A stretch of 64,000 nucleotides of DNA from Lama guanicoe. Its lineage: Eukaryota. A program made the position numbers and the translations under genes. Of this stretch, positions 34,501 through 46,374 are shown in pieces (positions within the stretch are counted from its first letter, which is position 1; every line of letters begins with the position of its first letter). A model generated the notes under the pieces. It searched no databases and was not told the origin of the DNA. It saw only the letters and a program-made list of their open reading frames with translations. Location of the stretch: assembly GCA_013239625.1 (NCBI GenBank), contig MU054323.1, positions 20,605,082-20,669,081 of the forward strand. Direction: 5' to 3'.

Positions 34501-36004
34501 TACTGGCATTCCTCAGCATTACGAGGATGACTGTTTTGTCTTCCCACTGGTCCAGGAAGCTCCTTGGGGGCAAGCATCCTATGATCATTGCCTGTATCTC
34601 CTCCCAGGTCCCAACTCAGTGTTGTGCCATTGTAGGAGCTCACTAATGCTTGTAGACCAGGGGGTAGCGCTTAGTAGGTGGGCCTGGCACTGGTGGATTT
34701 GATTTCTCCCTGGCCCAGAACACTGTGGCCCCGGGACACTCCTACTCAGTCGTTAAGACGCTGCTCTATCTGCCTCCTCCAGGAAGCCTTCCCTCGTTCT
34801 CAGGTTGGGTCAAGCCCCTTCATGTCCCCACTGCATGCATGGCAGATAAGTCTTGATCAAAGTGCTAGAGCAGTTCTCCCAAGACACTGTGCCCCACCTT
34901 GTGCCTCTGCCAAGTGAATCTGGCTCAGTAGCAGCTAGAGGTTTTGATGAATGAATTAATGAATTTGCTCTGTGACCTGGAGCAAATTTCCTCTGTCTGG
35001 CTCTAACAAGGGGAAAGCACTATCTTTCTTGGGTAAGTGGGAGGGGCCCAGAGCTGGAGGAGGCAGGGAGTGGCTCGTGGCCAAATGGGATCGATCCTTC
35101 GGGGTAACCAGCAACCACACTGGCTTGTCCAGTGAGGCCCAGGGTAGAGAACTGCCCCATACCCTAATGTGCTCCTGGTGGGAGGCTCTTCCCGCATGAG
35201 GATGGAAGGGCATGGCCCCTTGGCAAAACCAGCTGAAAAAAAGGAGGTTTATATTTTCAGGCTCTTCCCATCCAGTAACCTGTTCCCCAAGAACTTCCCA
35301 CCGGATCTGCCCCACCCTCCTGGTCATCAGCACAGCTGTGACCTTGAACCAGTCACCACTCATCCCTGGACTTCCAAGTTCTCCTCTCTACTGACCAGGG
35401 CTTGAGGTGCCACCGTGGGCCGGTGCCCAGGAAGGAGGCCAGGGATGGACTCCTGGCTGGCTGACCGCCCCCCACTGGGGTGTTGGCCTGAGCAGGCGGG
35501 TTTCAGCTTTCAGAGAGTTTTTCCTGTCTAGGGCACTTTCTATTTTCCAGTCCTTTTCCTCACTCAGCCAAACAACAAAAAAGGAAATTGGTGAAACTTC
35601 TAAGGGCTGGGAGAGTGGGGGTGGGCAGAACCCACCCTGAGAAAGGCCAGAGGCAGGGCTGGAGAGGGAGAGGCCCCTCTACCCCATTCCCTACCCTCCT
35701 ACTCCCCTCCCTGCCAGGCTGACTCATTGTTTTGCAACAAACAGCAGGCGGCCAGGCACTGGCAGTTTCTCGAAGTCCGGGCCCCAAAGCAGGCTGGGTT
35801 GAATCCCGGCCCTCCCAACGGCCCAGCCAGGCCCAGAATGATTGGGTTATCTCCACCTGCATCCCCTTTGTTTGGGGCGACCGCTTGCTCACTCGAAGCA
35901 AACAAACTCTGGGCACGTGAGAAAGAAGGGACCCCTTATCTCCCGGGACCAGAGAGATCCCTCTCCCCTGACATGTTCCCCAGAGGAGAGGAGGGATTTC
36001 AGAA

Positions 36005-36170
36005 CACAGCATCCAGAGACTGGTGCCTGGGTTCAAATCCCAGCTCCACCACTTACTGTAGGTGATATTGGGCAAGTCACTGACCCTGTCTGCGTCAACC
36101 TCCCTGTCATCAAAATGTCGGGTTAATAGTACCTACCTCAGAGATCGTCTGAGCTTTAATGAGTTCATAT
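36005..36170 (+). mobile_element. MIR SINE
   Basis: cctgggttcaaatcccagctccaccacttact...ttgggcaagtcact...taatagtacctacctca. Confidence 0.9.
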
Positions 36171-36714
36171 TTATACTGGGCTATATAAATGATGTTTTTT
36201 TTAAAGGCTCTATATGAGTGGTGTTAAATGGGGCAGGGCAGGGGGTGTCTATAATGATGTTAAAAATACAAACCCAACACCCAAGGCCAGGCTCTGAGGG
36301 GATTTCCCGTTGCCCCATCCCCCACCAGCCCTCACTCCCCTCGGTGGGCCAAGCTCCTGCATTTTGCATCCCTGAGCTGAGGGCATTGATGGGCCCCAGC
36401 AGGACAGGCACCACGGCCCCAAGCTCCTTTTCAAATGGAAGTTGTGCAGGGGAACTCCTCGAGGGAGGTAGGCGCCAGCCAGGGAGGATCTGGCCACCTG
36501 AGGGGTTGCACAGAGAGGCTTTTCAGTTTCCTGCAAGAGCTTTTGGAATTTCAAAAAGATATCCCCAAGAATGGACAGCCCACAGGGGTGAAGTGATGGA
36601 GGGGGCGGGTGGCAAGCTCTCCCCCAAAGTCCAACAGGGGGTTTGTTTTACTGGGTTTTTTTTCTTTTTTTCCTGGATTGATTCTCCCAAATAGCTGATT
36701 TCTAAGGCTCCAGT

Positions 36715-36880
36715 TCCAGATTCAAATCTTGGTTCTGACACTTACTATCTGGGAGACTCTAGGCAAGTTACTTACTCTCTTTCCTAAAGCTCCATTTCCT
36801 TGTCTGTAACAGGAGATAATAATCCTGCAGGGCTGGCAGGGGATTAAAGGAGGCAACGCAGACAAAGGTCTTAGTGTGGG
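36715..36880 (+). mobile_element. MIR SINE
   Basis: ttcaaatcttggttctgacacttacta...ggcaagttactta...tttccttgtctgtaacaggagataata. Confidence 0.8.
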
Positions 36881-37212
36881 GCCTCTGGGGGCAGGACCAA
36901 AGCTCCATCAATGCATGTCCTCCAACCCACACCCACCTGCCTTTCCTCACTCGCGACCTGGGACTCTCCTTACCTCCAGCCTGACTCCATTTGGCAATAG
37001 ATTGGTACCCCTCCCCCCTGCTTCTTGCATCCCTTCTGATGAGTTCAAGGGCCTGAGAACAGCTTCTCAGCCTTTTCTCTCCTGGTTCCCCCAGTGGTGC
37101 CAGTGTTGCACAAAAGTTAACAGAGTGCACTTCAGAGCCCACAAAATTGGGGTAGATGTCCAGCCCTTCCATTGCTAGGAGTGAGATCCTGGCTCACAAG
37201 CCTCTGTCACTG

Positions 37213-38265
37213 ACTCATTCATTCAGCAAATATTTCTGAGTACGTACTCTGTACCTGACACTGAATGGGGTGGTCCGGGTACAATAAAGAAGACAGATCC
37301 AACCCCTGCTCTCAGAGAATTATAGTCTAGCAAGGGAGATAAATATTAAACGTATATCCAAACACAAATTATTGAACGCTTACAGAGAGTGAAGGGTGCT
37401 ATGGGATATTATTTCCTGGAAGCCTCAAGAGAAGGTATTCCTGAAGTTTAAGCCAGGACCTGAAGGATATCTAAGAACGAATGATAAGAGCTGGGGAGGC
37501 AGAGGGGGAGAACACTGTACAGACCACAGATATAACATGTATAAAGGCCCTGAGGTCAGAATAGTTTGGTACTCATACTGAAGGGAGACTATAGTGCGTG
37601 AGTAAAAGAGAGACTTAAGATGAGGTTGAAGCGTAGAAAAGGTTAGATCTGGTGGGACCACAGGGACCTTGGGAAAGAATTTGGACTAGAGCCACTAAAT
37701 AGTTTTAAGGATTTGGGGAGGTAATTAGAGCTCTTTAAAAAATGTCTCCAGCAGCTGAATGGATAATAGCTTGGAATGGATTCCAGGAAACCAATGAATA
37801 GGCTACCTCTCAAGGGAGAGGGGATATGGTTGGACAAGAGACAGCAGAACTGGAGAAAAGGGGGGCAGAGCCAAGACATGCTTAGGAAGTGGGTGCAATA
37901 GGAATTGATGATAGGGTAGGTATGGACTACAAAGGAGAAGGTGTCAAATATAGATCTCAGGTTCTGACGTGGGAAACTGGGTGGAGAGGATGGCTAGTTA
38001 CTGAGAAACGAAGCCCCAGGGGATGGGCAGATTTGATGGGAGGGGGGATAGCAGAAGTTTAGTTTTAGAGATCTGTGTTTGAAATATCTTTATCAAGTAG
38101 GCAGCCAGATAGACCAGGCTTGGTTTTAAAAGGGAAGTCTAAAATTTAGAGCTGGAAATTGTAGAAATAGAATTAACCTGAGAATGGACAAGGTTGTAGG
38201 GGAGAGAGTGATCTATGCTAGTCAAAGAGGACCAAGTCCTGAGGGGCACCCCATTTAAGTGTCAG
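37213..38265 (-). mobile_element. L2 LINE fragment (~1 kb)
   Basis: tcattcattcagcaaatatttctgagt...ccctgctctcagagaattatagtctag...aaaggccctgagg, continuing purine-rich L2-like sequence. Confidence 0.75.
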
Positions 38266-38419
38266 GTGAAACGGAGCCTCAGTTTTATCATCTCCAAAGT
38301 GGAGATAACAGCACCCATAGCTCACAGCATAACTGAGTAATGCTTGTAAGGCAATTAGCCGGAGCCCAGCTCACAGCCAATGCACAACGAGAAAGCTGTA
38401 AGAAAGCTGCCAGGATGCA

Positions 38420-38868
38420 TTGGGTTGGTAATTCTCTTCATTTGCAAGTGAAAGAAACTCCTGCTTGTTTTAGAAAGAGGAATTTTTCCAAAGGATTCAG
38501 GAATCTCCTACAATCTGGGGAAGAACTGAATCACTGAGCCTTGCACAAAGGGCGGGACGAAGGTCCTTGGAGGGACTCGCCTCTCCGCTCTGCTTCCTGT
38601 TGGGATCGGCTTCTTTCCCCGATGCTCTGCATTCCACGTCTTGGTGTTCTGTCCACCAGAGAGGGAATTAATTCATATTCTCTCTGATCCCAAGTTAATA
38701 AAATCTCAGGGAAGGAATCTCCATGGCTCCACTTTGTTTGGGAACCCCCTCCTTGGCCCACTCAGTCTGAGGGAGCAATGGGACTGGTGTCTACAGTAAC
38801 ATGGCACTGCCATATTGCGGCAGTTGGGGGTAGGGCAAAGGAGGGCTGCTAGGTCAGCAAAAACAATA
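38420..38868 (-). mobile_element. Old MLT1-family LTR fragment
   Basis: tttgcaagtgaaagaaactc...aggaattt...cagggaaggaatct...gggctgctaggtcagcaaaaac. Confidence 0.45.
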
Positions 38869-39576
38869 GGTGGCCTCCTCAAATTATTAACCTGGAAATG
38901 TGCTTGTAGTCCAGAAAGGGGGCTAATTAGCACCCGCAGGTGATTACAAATGAAACGGCACACCCAGCTATGTTACCATCTATTGGTCCTGATACTCCCT
39001 TGATAACCGCTCCTCCTCCCCGACCAGGTCTCAATCATCTAGACTCACCAATAACCTCGTCGTATGTCTCCTAGGCACATGGTGTTTCCCCAAACATTCC
39101 CTCCTCCCCCGGCTTCCCATCTCCTTCCCCCAGGTAGTCCTTGAAGGTGGGCCTCCCCTTGGCCCCACTTTGAAGGATCCCCTTTTCAGAGCCTTCAAGG
39201 GCCATCTCAGACCCTAGGATTAAGGCCAGTTTCTTTGGCCTGACTTGTCAACCTTTCTCTTCCTCTATCACTGCACCTCTCAAGGCCGAGCTTGCCCCAG
39301 ACCTTCGTCCCTCCTGGAATGGTCCCTGGACCTCTCCAGCCGCACGCTCCCCACCACTGGCCTCCATTGCTAACATTTAAGGAGTCTCTGCCCCATATCA
39401 GTCACTGAGGTTGGGAGGTGCTCTCACACGCTTCATCTTTCCTGCTCACTCTCCATCCCCGTTTGACAGAGGGGAAACAGGCTCAGTAACTTTCCCCAAA
39501 TTACATCATTGGTTAGTGAAATAACCAGGACTTGAATCCAAAACTGACAACTGACCTCAAAACCTTTGCTCTAAAC

Positions 39577-39894
39577 CAGGAGCCAGCAAACCTTGGCCCT
39601 GAAGGCCAAATTCTGCCCACTGTCTGCGTTTGTGTAGCTTGAGAGCTAAGAATGGTTTTTACATGATTAGGGGGAAAAAAATCAAGAGAAGCATAAAATT
39701 TTAGCACATATGAAAATCACATGAAATTAACATTTCAGTGTCCATTAATAAAGTTTTATTGTAACATACTAACACTCATTCATTAAGATATTGTCCACGG
39801 CTATTTTCCCACTTCACTGGCAGAGCTGAGCAGTTGTGACAAGAGACCAGCCTACAATTTTCACTCCTTCACAGAAGAAGTTTGCCGACCCCTG
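39577..39894. mobile_element. MER58(B)-like hAT-Charlie DNA transposon, complete
   Basis: TIRs caggagccagcaaac / gtttgccgacccctg; degenerate 8-bp TSD ctctaaac (39569-39576) / ctctaagg (39895-39902); internal gagctaagaatggtttttaca, aataaagttttatt. Confidence 0.9.
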
Positions 39895-41069
39895 CTCTAA
39901 GGTCACCACCACTCTGCCTTCCACTGATCCCATAGTCCCAAGGTGTTCAAAACACCCCGCGTGCCTCTGCAGGTTGCTATCTTTCTCTCAGTGCTCAGCC
40001 TGCTGTAGGATCTTGGAGGGAAAGCAAGGTGGGTTTTAGCCCCCTTTGTTCCCCCAGGTACTCAAGATTTGCCCCTGATGGGACTGAAGTTTCAACACCT
40101 GAGATTGTAGAAAAAACTCTTCTAAACCAATCCCTACTTCATCTGCCAGGCTGAGCCAGGCTATTCATCCAGAGTGAGCAGTGGGAGACCTTTGTGCTGA
40201 CAGGATCTGACTCATCTGGAGTGCCCCTGGGTCTTGTTTGGTTTTCAAGAAACCAGCTTCAAGGAAAGAAGCAGAAGAATTGGGTCTTATCCGGAAGAAT
40301 GAGGCAGAGAGTTGTCCTGGTGACTAAGTGGGATCCTGGAAGAAGCCCTAAAGCCTGAAGGCTGGCAGGTCACAGATGCTTGATGTCCCACAGCTTTTGT
40401 GCGGAGGAGGAGGAGGAGGTGGGAAACGGGGAACTCTGGAAGTGCCAGGATTTTGCTTTCCTATATGTGGACTTTGTGTAACAGAAAAAGGCTCCCCTTC
40501 CTCTAGCACATGGGGCCCTGTCCACACTAGGACACCCTGACACTCTTAGAGAGCAGAGTGGGAAATATACCTCAGCCCCTACTCCCATCCTCAGGGTCAG
40601 GCACATTTGTGCAGTGCACACACCACACAGCTGTCGGTGGCAGCCCTGTTGGACCTGAGAGTATGGAGACCCCGTGTTTTCCCCTCTAACTCAGCCACTA
40701 TAACCTTTCTGGGCTTCAGTTTCCTCTGCTATATGATAGGGATGCTTGTCTTGTCTCCTTCACGAAGTTCTGAGGATGGAATGAGGGACAGATGTGGAAA
40801 TCAAGCGTGGAGGGTTTTGATGTGAACCAAATGACCAAATGGAACCTGCCATTTGGGGTCCTCCAGAAGCTGCTATTTACAGAAAGGGCTTTGTTGTTGA
40901 CTTTTAAAGAAATTATATGTTGTGGAAAGTTTGGAAAGCAGAGGGCTATATTGGCCATAATTTATCATGGCTTATATCATTTCTACACTTAATCTTGTTT
41001 TTGTTTTTTATTTTGTTTTGGTTGGGGGGTTAGTGGAAGAGGAGATGCAGAGAAGGGAAGACACTAGAG

Positions 41070-41190
41070 CAGCATTTCTCAAACTTCACCTGGGTGGAGG
41101 GGGGTTGTTAAAAAGCAGATTCTGATCCAGTTCTTCTAGGGTGGGGCCTGAGAGCCTGCATTTCTAACAGCGTCTCAGATGACACCCATC
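41070..41190. mobile_element. MER5A-like hAT-Charlie fragment
   Basis: cagcatttctcaaactt...gcagattctgatccag...ggggcctgagagcctgcatttctaaca. Confidence 0.8.
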
Positions 41191-43500
41191 TGAGGTCTAC
41201 GCTCTGTCACAAGGGCTGGAAGACCCTAGAGCAGCTGGAGGAGGTAGGGTCAGGGTCTCTTTGCCCACGGGGGCAGTGGGACAGTGAAAGTTTTCACCAT
41301 CCCTGCAGACCTGCTCCTTGAAGTAAGGGCAGGCTCCCAGGTCCCCGGCAATCAGCCTAGCAGGGCCCAGATCTGGAAACTGTAGGGGTGAAGGCCTGGT
41401 CATCGAAGAAGGCCCCACACCCTCAGCAAGGGGACTGAAGCTGGGGAGACAGGGAAGGGCTGGGTTTCCCCACATCAAAGCAGGTTTCCCAACCTTTGAT
41501 TCGCAAACAAGCAGACTCTTTGGAGGCTGGCTGGAGTTTGGGCTGGCTGGCCTTGGATCCTGGGGTAAGTGGTCAGAGGCCCCCCAGCCCGCTCTCTTTT
41601 TGCATAACAGCTTGGCTGTCTAACAAAAGGGCAGTCCTTGAAAGGCCGTATGGAGGCTGTTAAAAGCTTCCGGCAATGGTTTAATTGGGGGCGATTAAAG
41701 TGTCCACCCCAGGAAGGCCTGCCCTTCAAAGGCCAACTAGGCTTGGCTCCCCTGCCCTCAGCACCTCTCCCCTCAGCCACACCCCCCGGTAGCCCTGCCC
41801 CCAGCCTCTCCCCTCCACCCCTCCGCCCCTTCGGCCCTCTTCCCTGTGACTCCCTGCAGACCGAGAAAACCAGTGACGAGGACCCTTTGGTCATCCTGTC
41901 TGGGGGGATTCCGTCCCGGCCCCTGACCATCAGTACCATTTGTTCACACAGTTTGGTCTTGTGGCTGAGACGGTGCGGGACGGCGGAGAAGGCTGAGTTT
42001 GAGACACAAAGGGCCCCAGAACTGACCCACCCCACCTGGAGCACTCTCTCCCCCAGGACACCTAGCCAGGTCTCTGAGCCCCTCCTTGAGCTCCCTTACC
42101 AGCCCCTCTCCCCAGGGCCCTCACCTATCTGGGACTTCATGGTCACTGTTGGGGGTCTGATGGCCTTAATCTTCCAGCCATCTGCTGAGAGGCGTTGGGG
42201 GCTCAGAGGTGACATGACAGGGACCACAACTCAGGAGAGGTGCTGGATAAGTGAACAGGCAAAAGCAATAGGGCGTGATACAGGTAAAATGAGGTGAGCT
42301 ATAAGCAGCACCCCCCAACCTCTGGTGGGGCTGGGGGAGCAGAGGGGTAAGGAAGACGACTTTCTGGAAGCAGTAGAGCCTCGAGTTAGAACATGGTCAG
42401 CTCGGTTTAGTCCATTCGCCAACCCTGCTGTTAATAGCAAGACCATAGCTAGCTTCACTAACAGACCTCACCCACTCAACCAACTCTGGGATCCTTGGAA
42501 GGGGAAGGGGGGTAGATTTTCCATCAAGTCTAGAAATAGTTGTTCTGTGGGTATCTGGTTCAGACATTTCCTCAGAGCCCATGAAGTCCCTCAGAATCTT
42601 CTTTGGCTGAGCCGACCTATAGGGAGCTATCTTGTATCTATGTCTGGGGCGCCATTTTCCTCTCTCATCCCTTTGGGCCCATCTCCCAATAGACGGTCTA
42701 AGGCCCTTCTCCTCAGGCCTTTCTGTTTTGTCCCCTAGGCCCTGCTCTTGTTAACTCCATCAGGCTTTGGCCCCATGTTGACTGGCCAGTGCCACTCTGA
42801 GAACAGAGGTGCCAAGGGTCTTTGGGATTTCCATGTCCCAGGTAAGGGAAGTCCATCTTTTTTCCAGGGTGAGAGAGGGGTGTAAAACCAAGCCCCAAGG
42901 CTGGGAGGCAGGCAAGGCTGGGAGGCAGGGACTGCTGGTGGCAGAAAGTCTCCATTCTGACAACCCAGTCCTGTTCTGAGTCCTCTCTAGGAAAGTGTCC
43001 CTGACTCCCACGTACCTGCCAGCTTTCCTATCTTGTTCCCAGAACCTCCTCTGGTACTGAGAAGCCCATGCAGGAACAAGGCAAGTGACCAGGGCCTGAG
43101 GGGAGGTGGGCGCAGAAGCTCTGAGCAGAGCATTGCGACTGAATTCTACAAACCAGGCAGGCACCCTGACTCTGATTTTCAGCAATTTCTGATCCCAGAG
43201 ATCTGGCTGCCGGTTACATCTGTGGTACTGTAGCATCTCACTAGCCAGAGCAGCAAGCTGTGAGGCACACAGCCCACTGGTAGCCCCAGCTCCATCTCTG
43301 AAGGCTCCTGGGGGGCAGAGCAGCCAACATCAAAGATTCTCACGTGACTTCTCCATGCCTCCCAGCCTCAGCCTGGCAAAGAAGCCCTCTCCTGAGGCAG
43401 CTCCAGACTTCCAGATGTGTGCACTGGAGAGAAAACCTGAGTGGTCCCCTCACACAGGGTGTGCACTGAGGACAAGCAGACGTGGTTAAGAATCAGGACT

Positions 43501-44218
43501 GCGGAAATAACAAGTGTTGGCGAGGATGTGGAGAAAAGGGAGCCCTCGTACACTTGGTGGGAATGTAAACTAGAGCAGCCACTGTGGAAAACAGTACAGA
43601 GATGCCTCAGAAGTTAAGAATAGAACTACTGTATGATCCAGCTATCCCACTTCTGGGTATATACCCAAAGAATACAAAAACACTAATTCGAAAAGATACA
43701 TGTCCCCCAATATTCATTGCAGCATTATTCACAAAATCCAAGATAATGGAAACAACCTTAGTGCCCACTAATAGATGATTGTATAAAGAAGAAGTGGTAC
43801 ATATAAGCAATGGTATAATACTCAGCCATAAAGAAGATGAAATCTTGCCATTTGTGACGACCTGATAGACCTCAAAGGTATTATGCTAAGTGAAAGAAGT
43901 CAGAGAAAGACAAATATATAATTTTACTCATATGTGGAATATTAAAAAAATAAAATAAAATAAACCAACAAATAAAATAAATGACCAAACCAAACAAAAA
44001 ATAAACTTGTGGATACAGAGAACAGAGTAGTGGTTACCAGAGGGGATAGTGGGGAGGAGGAAGGGGAAATGAGTTAAGGGGAATCAACTCTATGGTGAGC
44101 GACAGAAACCAAATTTTTGATGGTGAGCACTCTGTAGTGTATGTAGAACTAGAAATATGTTATACACATGAAACATAATGTTACAAACCAATGTTACCTC
44201 AATAAAAATTTTTTTAAA
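43501..44218 (+). mobile_element. 5'-truncated L1 (ORF2 C-terminus plus 3'UTR)
   Basis: ORF2 remnant ...IELLYDPAIPLLGIYPK...; aataaa with A/T tail; degenerate TSD aagaatcaggact (43488-43500) / aagaatcaagatt (44219-44231) at a TT|AAGA endonuclease-like site. Confidence 0.95.
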
Positions 44219-44304
44219 AAGAATCAAGATTATGGAAACTTGGAAAAGAGCTGGCTGCTCCCCCGTCCTGGTCACCCTGTCTCCCAGACTTACTCCTTTA
44301 CTCC

Positions 44305-44478
44305 TGGGGTGACCAACTGTCTCGGCTTCCCTGGGACTGAGGGGATTTCCAGGAGAAGGAACTTTCAGTTTTGAAACCTGGACAGTCCCAGGCAAACCAC
44401 CTCGCTTTGCTCAGGACCGAGGGGTTTCCTAGAGCAGGCTTTCAGTGCTAAAACTGGGAAAGTCAAGTTGGTCACCCT
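44305..44478. mobile_element. MER81-like hAT-Blackjack element with internal tandem duplication
   Basis: TIRs ggggtgaccaact (44306-44318) / agttggtcaccct (44466-44478); internal ggga(c)tgagggg...ctttcagt...aaac occurs twice. Confidence 0.75.
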
Positions 44479-45649
44479 CCCTTTCCCTCGTAGCCTGGCC
44501 TCTGTCCCCAGCAGTCTCCTGACACAGTGTCCAAAGGCCACCAACAACCTTCAAAGGCCAGTTCCTGCGGCCCCTTCTCCCTCCTCCCGCCCCACGGGGC
44601 TGGCGGTAGGCTTGGTGGAAGGTGGGGCTGGCCTGGAGGGTGCCTGGGAGTGGGGCAAGGGGTCAGGGAAGTGGCAGCTTTTCTGTCCCACCCTCTCTGT
44701 CGGTTTCTGGGCCTGCACCCTTTATCATCCCCTCACAGTATCTGGCCGCCTGAAGGAGTATCTCCTCCGCATCCACCCTAGCCCTGCCCTGACTCAGATA
44801 AGCTGAGGGGCCACCCCAGCAAGACAGAGGTGAAGCTGCGGCCTGGGTCCTTCGCTGCCCTAAGTCTCCCTGCCTGACCCTTGGCCCAACCTTGGCTAGA
44901 AAAGCAGCAGGGCATCCCTTTGGGGCTTCCACAACCCAGGGTGGACGGAAATTCCTATACTCCCTTGACAGACAGCAAAGTGGAAGCAGGACAAATGATG
45001 TGACAGGCCTGAGGTCGCCGGGCCAGACCCATAGAACGAAGGGGCTGGAAGGGCCTCAGAGAGCATGCCCAAAGGCTCCAGCCATGGAGCCCCGTGGAAG
45101 GTACATTTGGAGTCTAACCAGGTAAAAGACCACAGATGAAGAGTCAGCATTTCTGTCTCCCACCTGGTCTCAGGCCAGCCTCCCACATCACCCAAGCCCA
45201 GAGCCTTGAGGCCTACCTCCTGCAGGACTCCAGTGCCGCAGATGGCCTTCTGCCTGGGTGTCTGCCTGGGTTTCTGCCCGCCCCACAACAAAGCCTGATC
45301 TTTGCTGCCAGAAGCTTGCCTTCGTGTTGTCAGGGTCCCACTCACAAGCCTCCCTGAGTTCCCCTTTATTCAGGATAGCAGGAAATTCCAAAGCTTCTCT
45401 GACCGTTCCCAACCCCAACCACGTCCATCCTCCAGGCAGTGGATGTGGCCACACAAAATTCTTCGTGGTCCCCGAACATGCCATGACCTTTCTTGCTTCA
45501 GCGGACCCTGGCCCGCAGGGAAGGGACATCTTTCATTCACCTGGATCTGTGGCAACCCTGCTCCTCCCTCGAGGGCCTGCTCACATGTCTCCTCCTCCAG
45601 GAAGCTTTCCTGAACCTATGAATCAGAAACTCACTCTCCTTCTTCTAAT

Positions 45650-45890
45650 GGCTTTAGCACTTACCCTGTGCCAGGCACCAGGCTAGGTCCTGTGTCTCAT
45701 TTAGCCCTCACAACAACCACAAGCATCAAATACTTTACTCTTATCATCCCCATGTTACAGACAAGAAACTGAGACAGTTCTTGAGAGGTCAGCTAACAGG
45801 CCCAAGGTCACACCGCTGGGAATGGACAGAGGCAGGATTTAGGTTCTGACACTTTGGATCCAGAGCCTGAGCTCTAATCCACCCATAACC
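45650..45890 (-). mobile_element. MIR SINE
   Basis: tgtgccaggcacc...catccccatgttacagacaagaaactgagacag...cccaaggtcacac. Confidence 0.85.
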
Positions 45891-46080
45891 TGCCCCTAGT
45901 AGTGTCTGTACCTCCATTAGGACCCCTTTCACACTGGGTGGTATGTGAATCCGTCTACATCCTATCCTGGCTACACGGCCTACAGGAGCTCCTCAGGGCA
46001 GGGAGCAGGGAGCAGGGAGCAGCACTGGCTTCCTACAGGAGTCTCAGTATTTGCTTACAGAGCTCAGAGAAGGCCCTTTA

Positions 46081-46374
46081 AACAAAGGCAGACTCACAGA
46101 CATAGAAAACAAACTTTTGGTTACCGGGGAAAGGGAATGGGAGGGGATAAATTGGGAGGTCAGGATTTGCAGATACTAACTACTATATATAAAATAAATC
46201 AACAAGTTTCTACTGTATAGTACAGGGAACTGTATTCAATATCTTATAATAGCCTATAATGAAAAAAATATGAAAAGGAATATATATATATGCATAACTG
46301 AATCACTATGCATACACCATAAATGAACACAATGTTGTAAACTGTCTATACATCAATTTAAAAATAAAAGAGAG
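46081..46374 (+). mobile_element. Cetartiodactyl-type L1 3' end
   Basis: cagactcacagacatagaaaacaaactt...ctgtatagtacagggaactgtattcaatatctt...ataactgaatcact; candidate TSD agagaaggcccttta / agagaagaccttta. Confidence 0.9.

Noticed and set aside
41638..42297. 219-aa ORF with an acceptor-like pyrimidine tract before 41860
   Set aside because: Non-ATG start, the Pro-rich part just reflects the C-rich tract, no convincing splice donor, no recognised homology.
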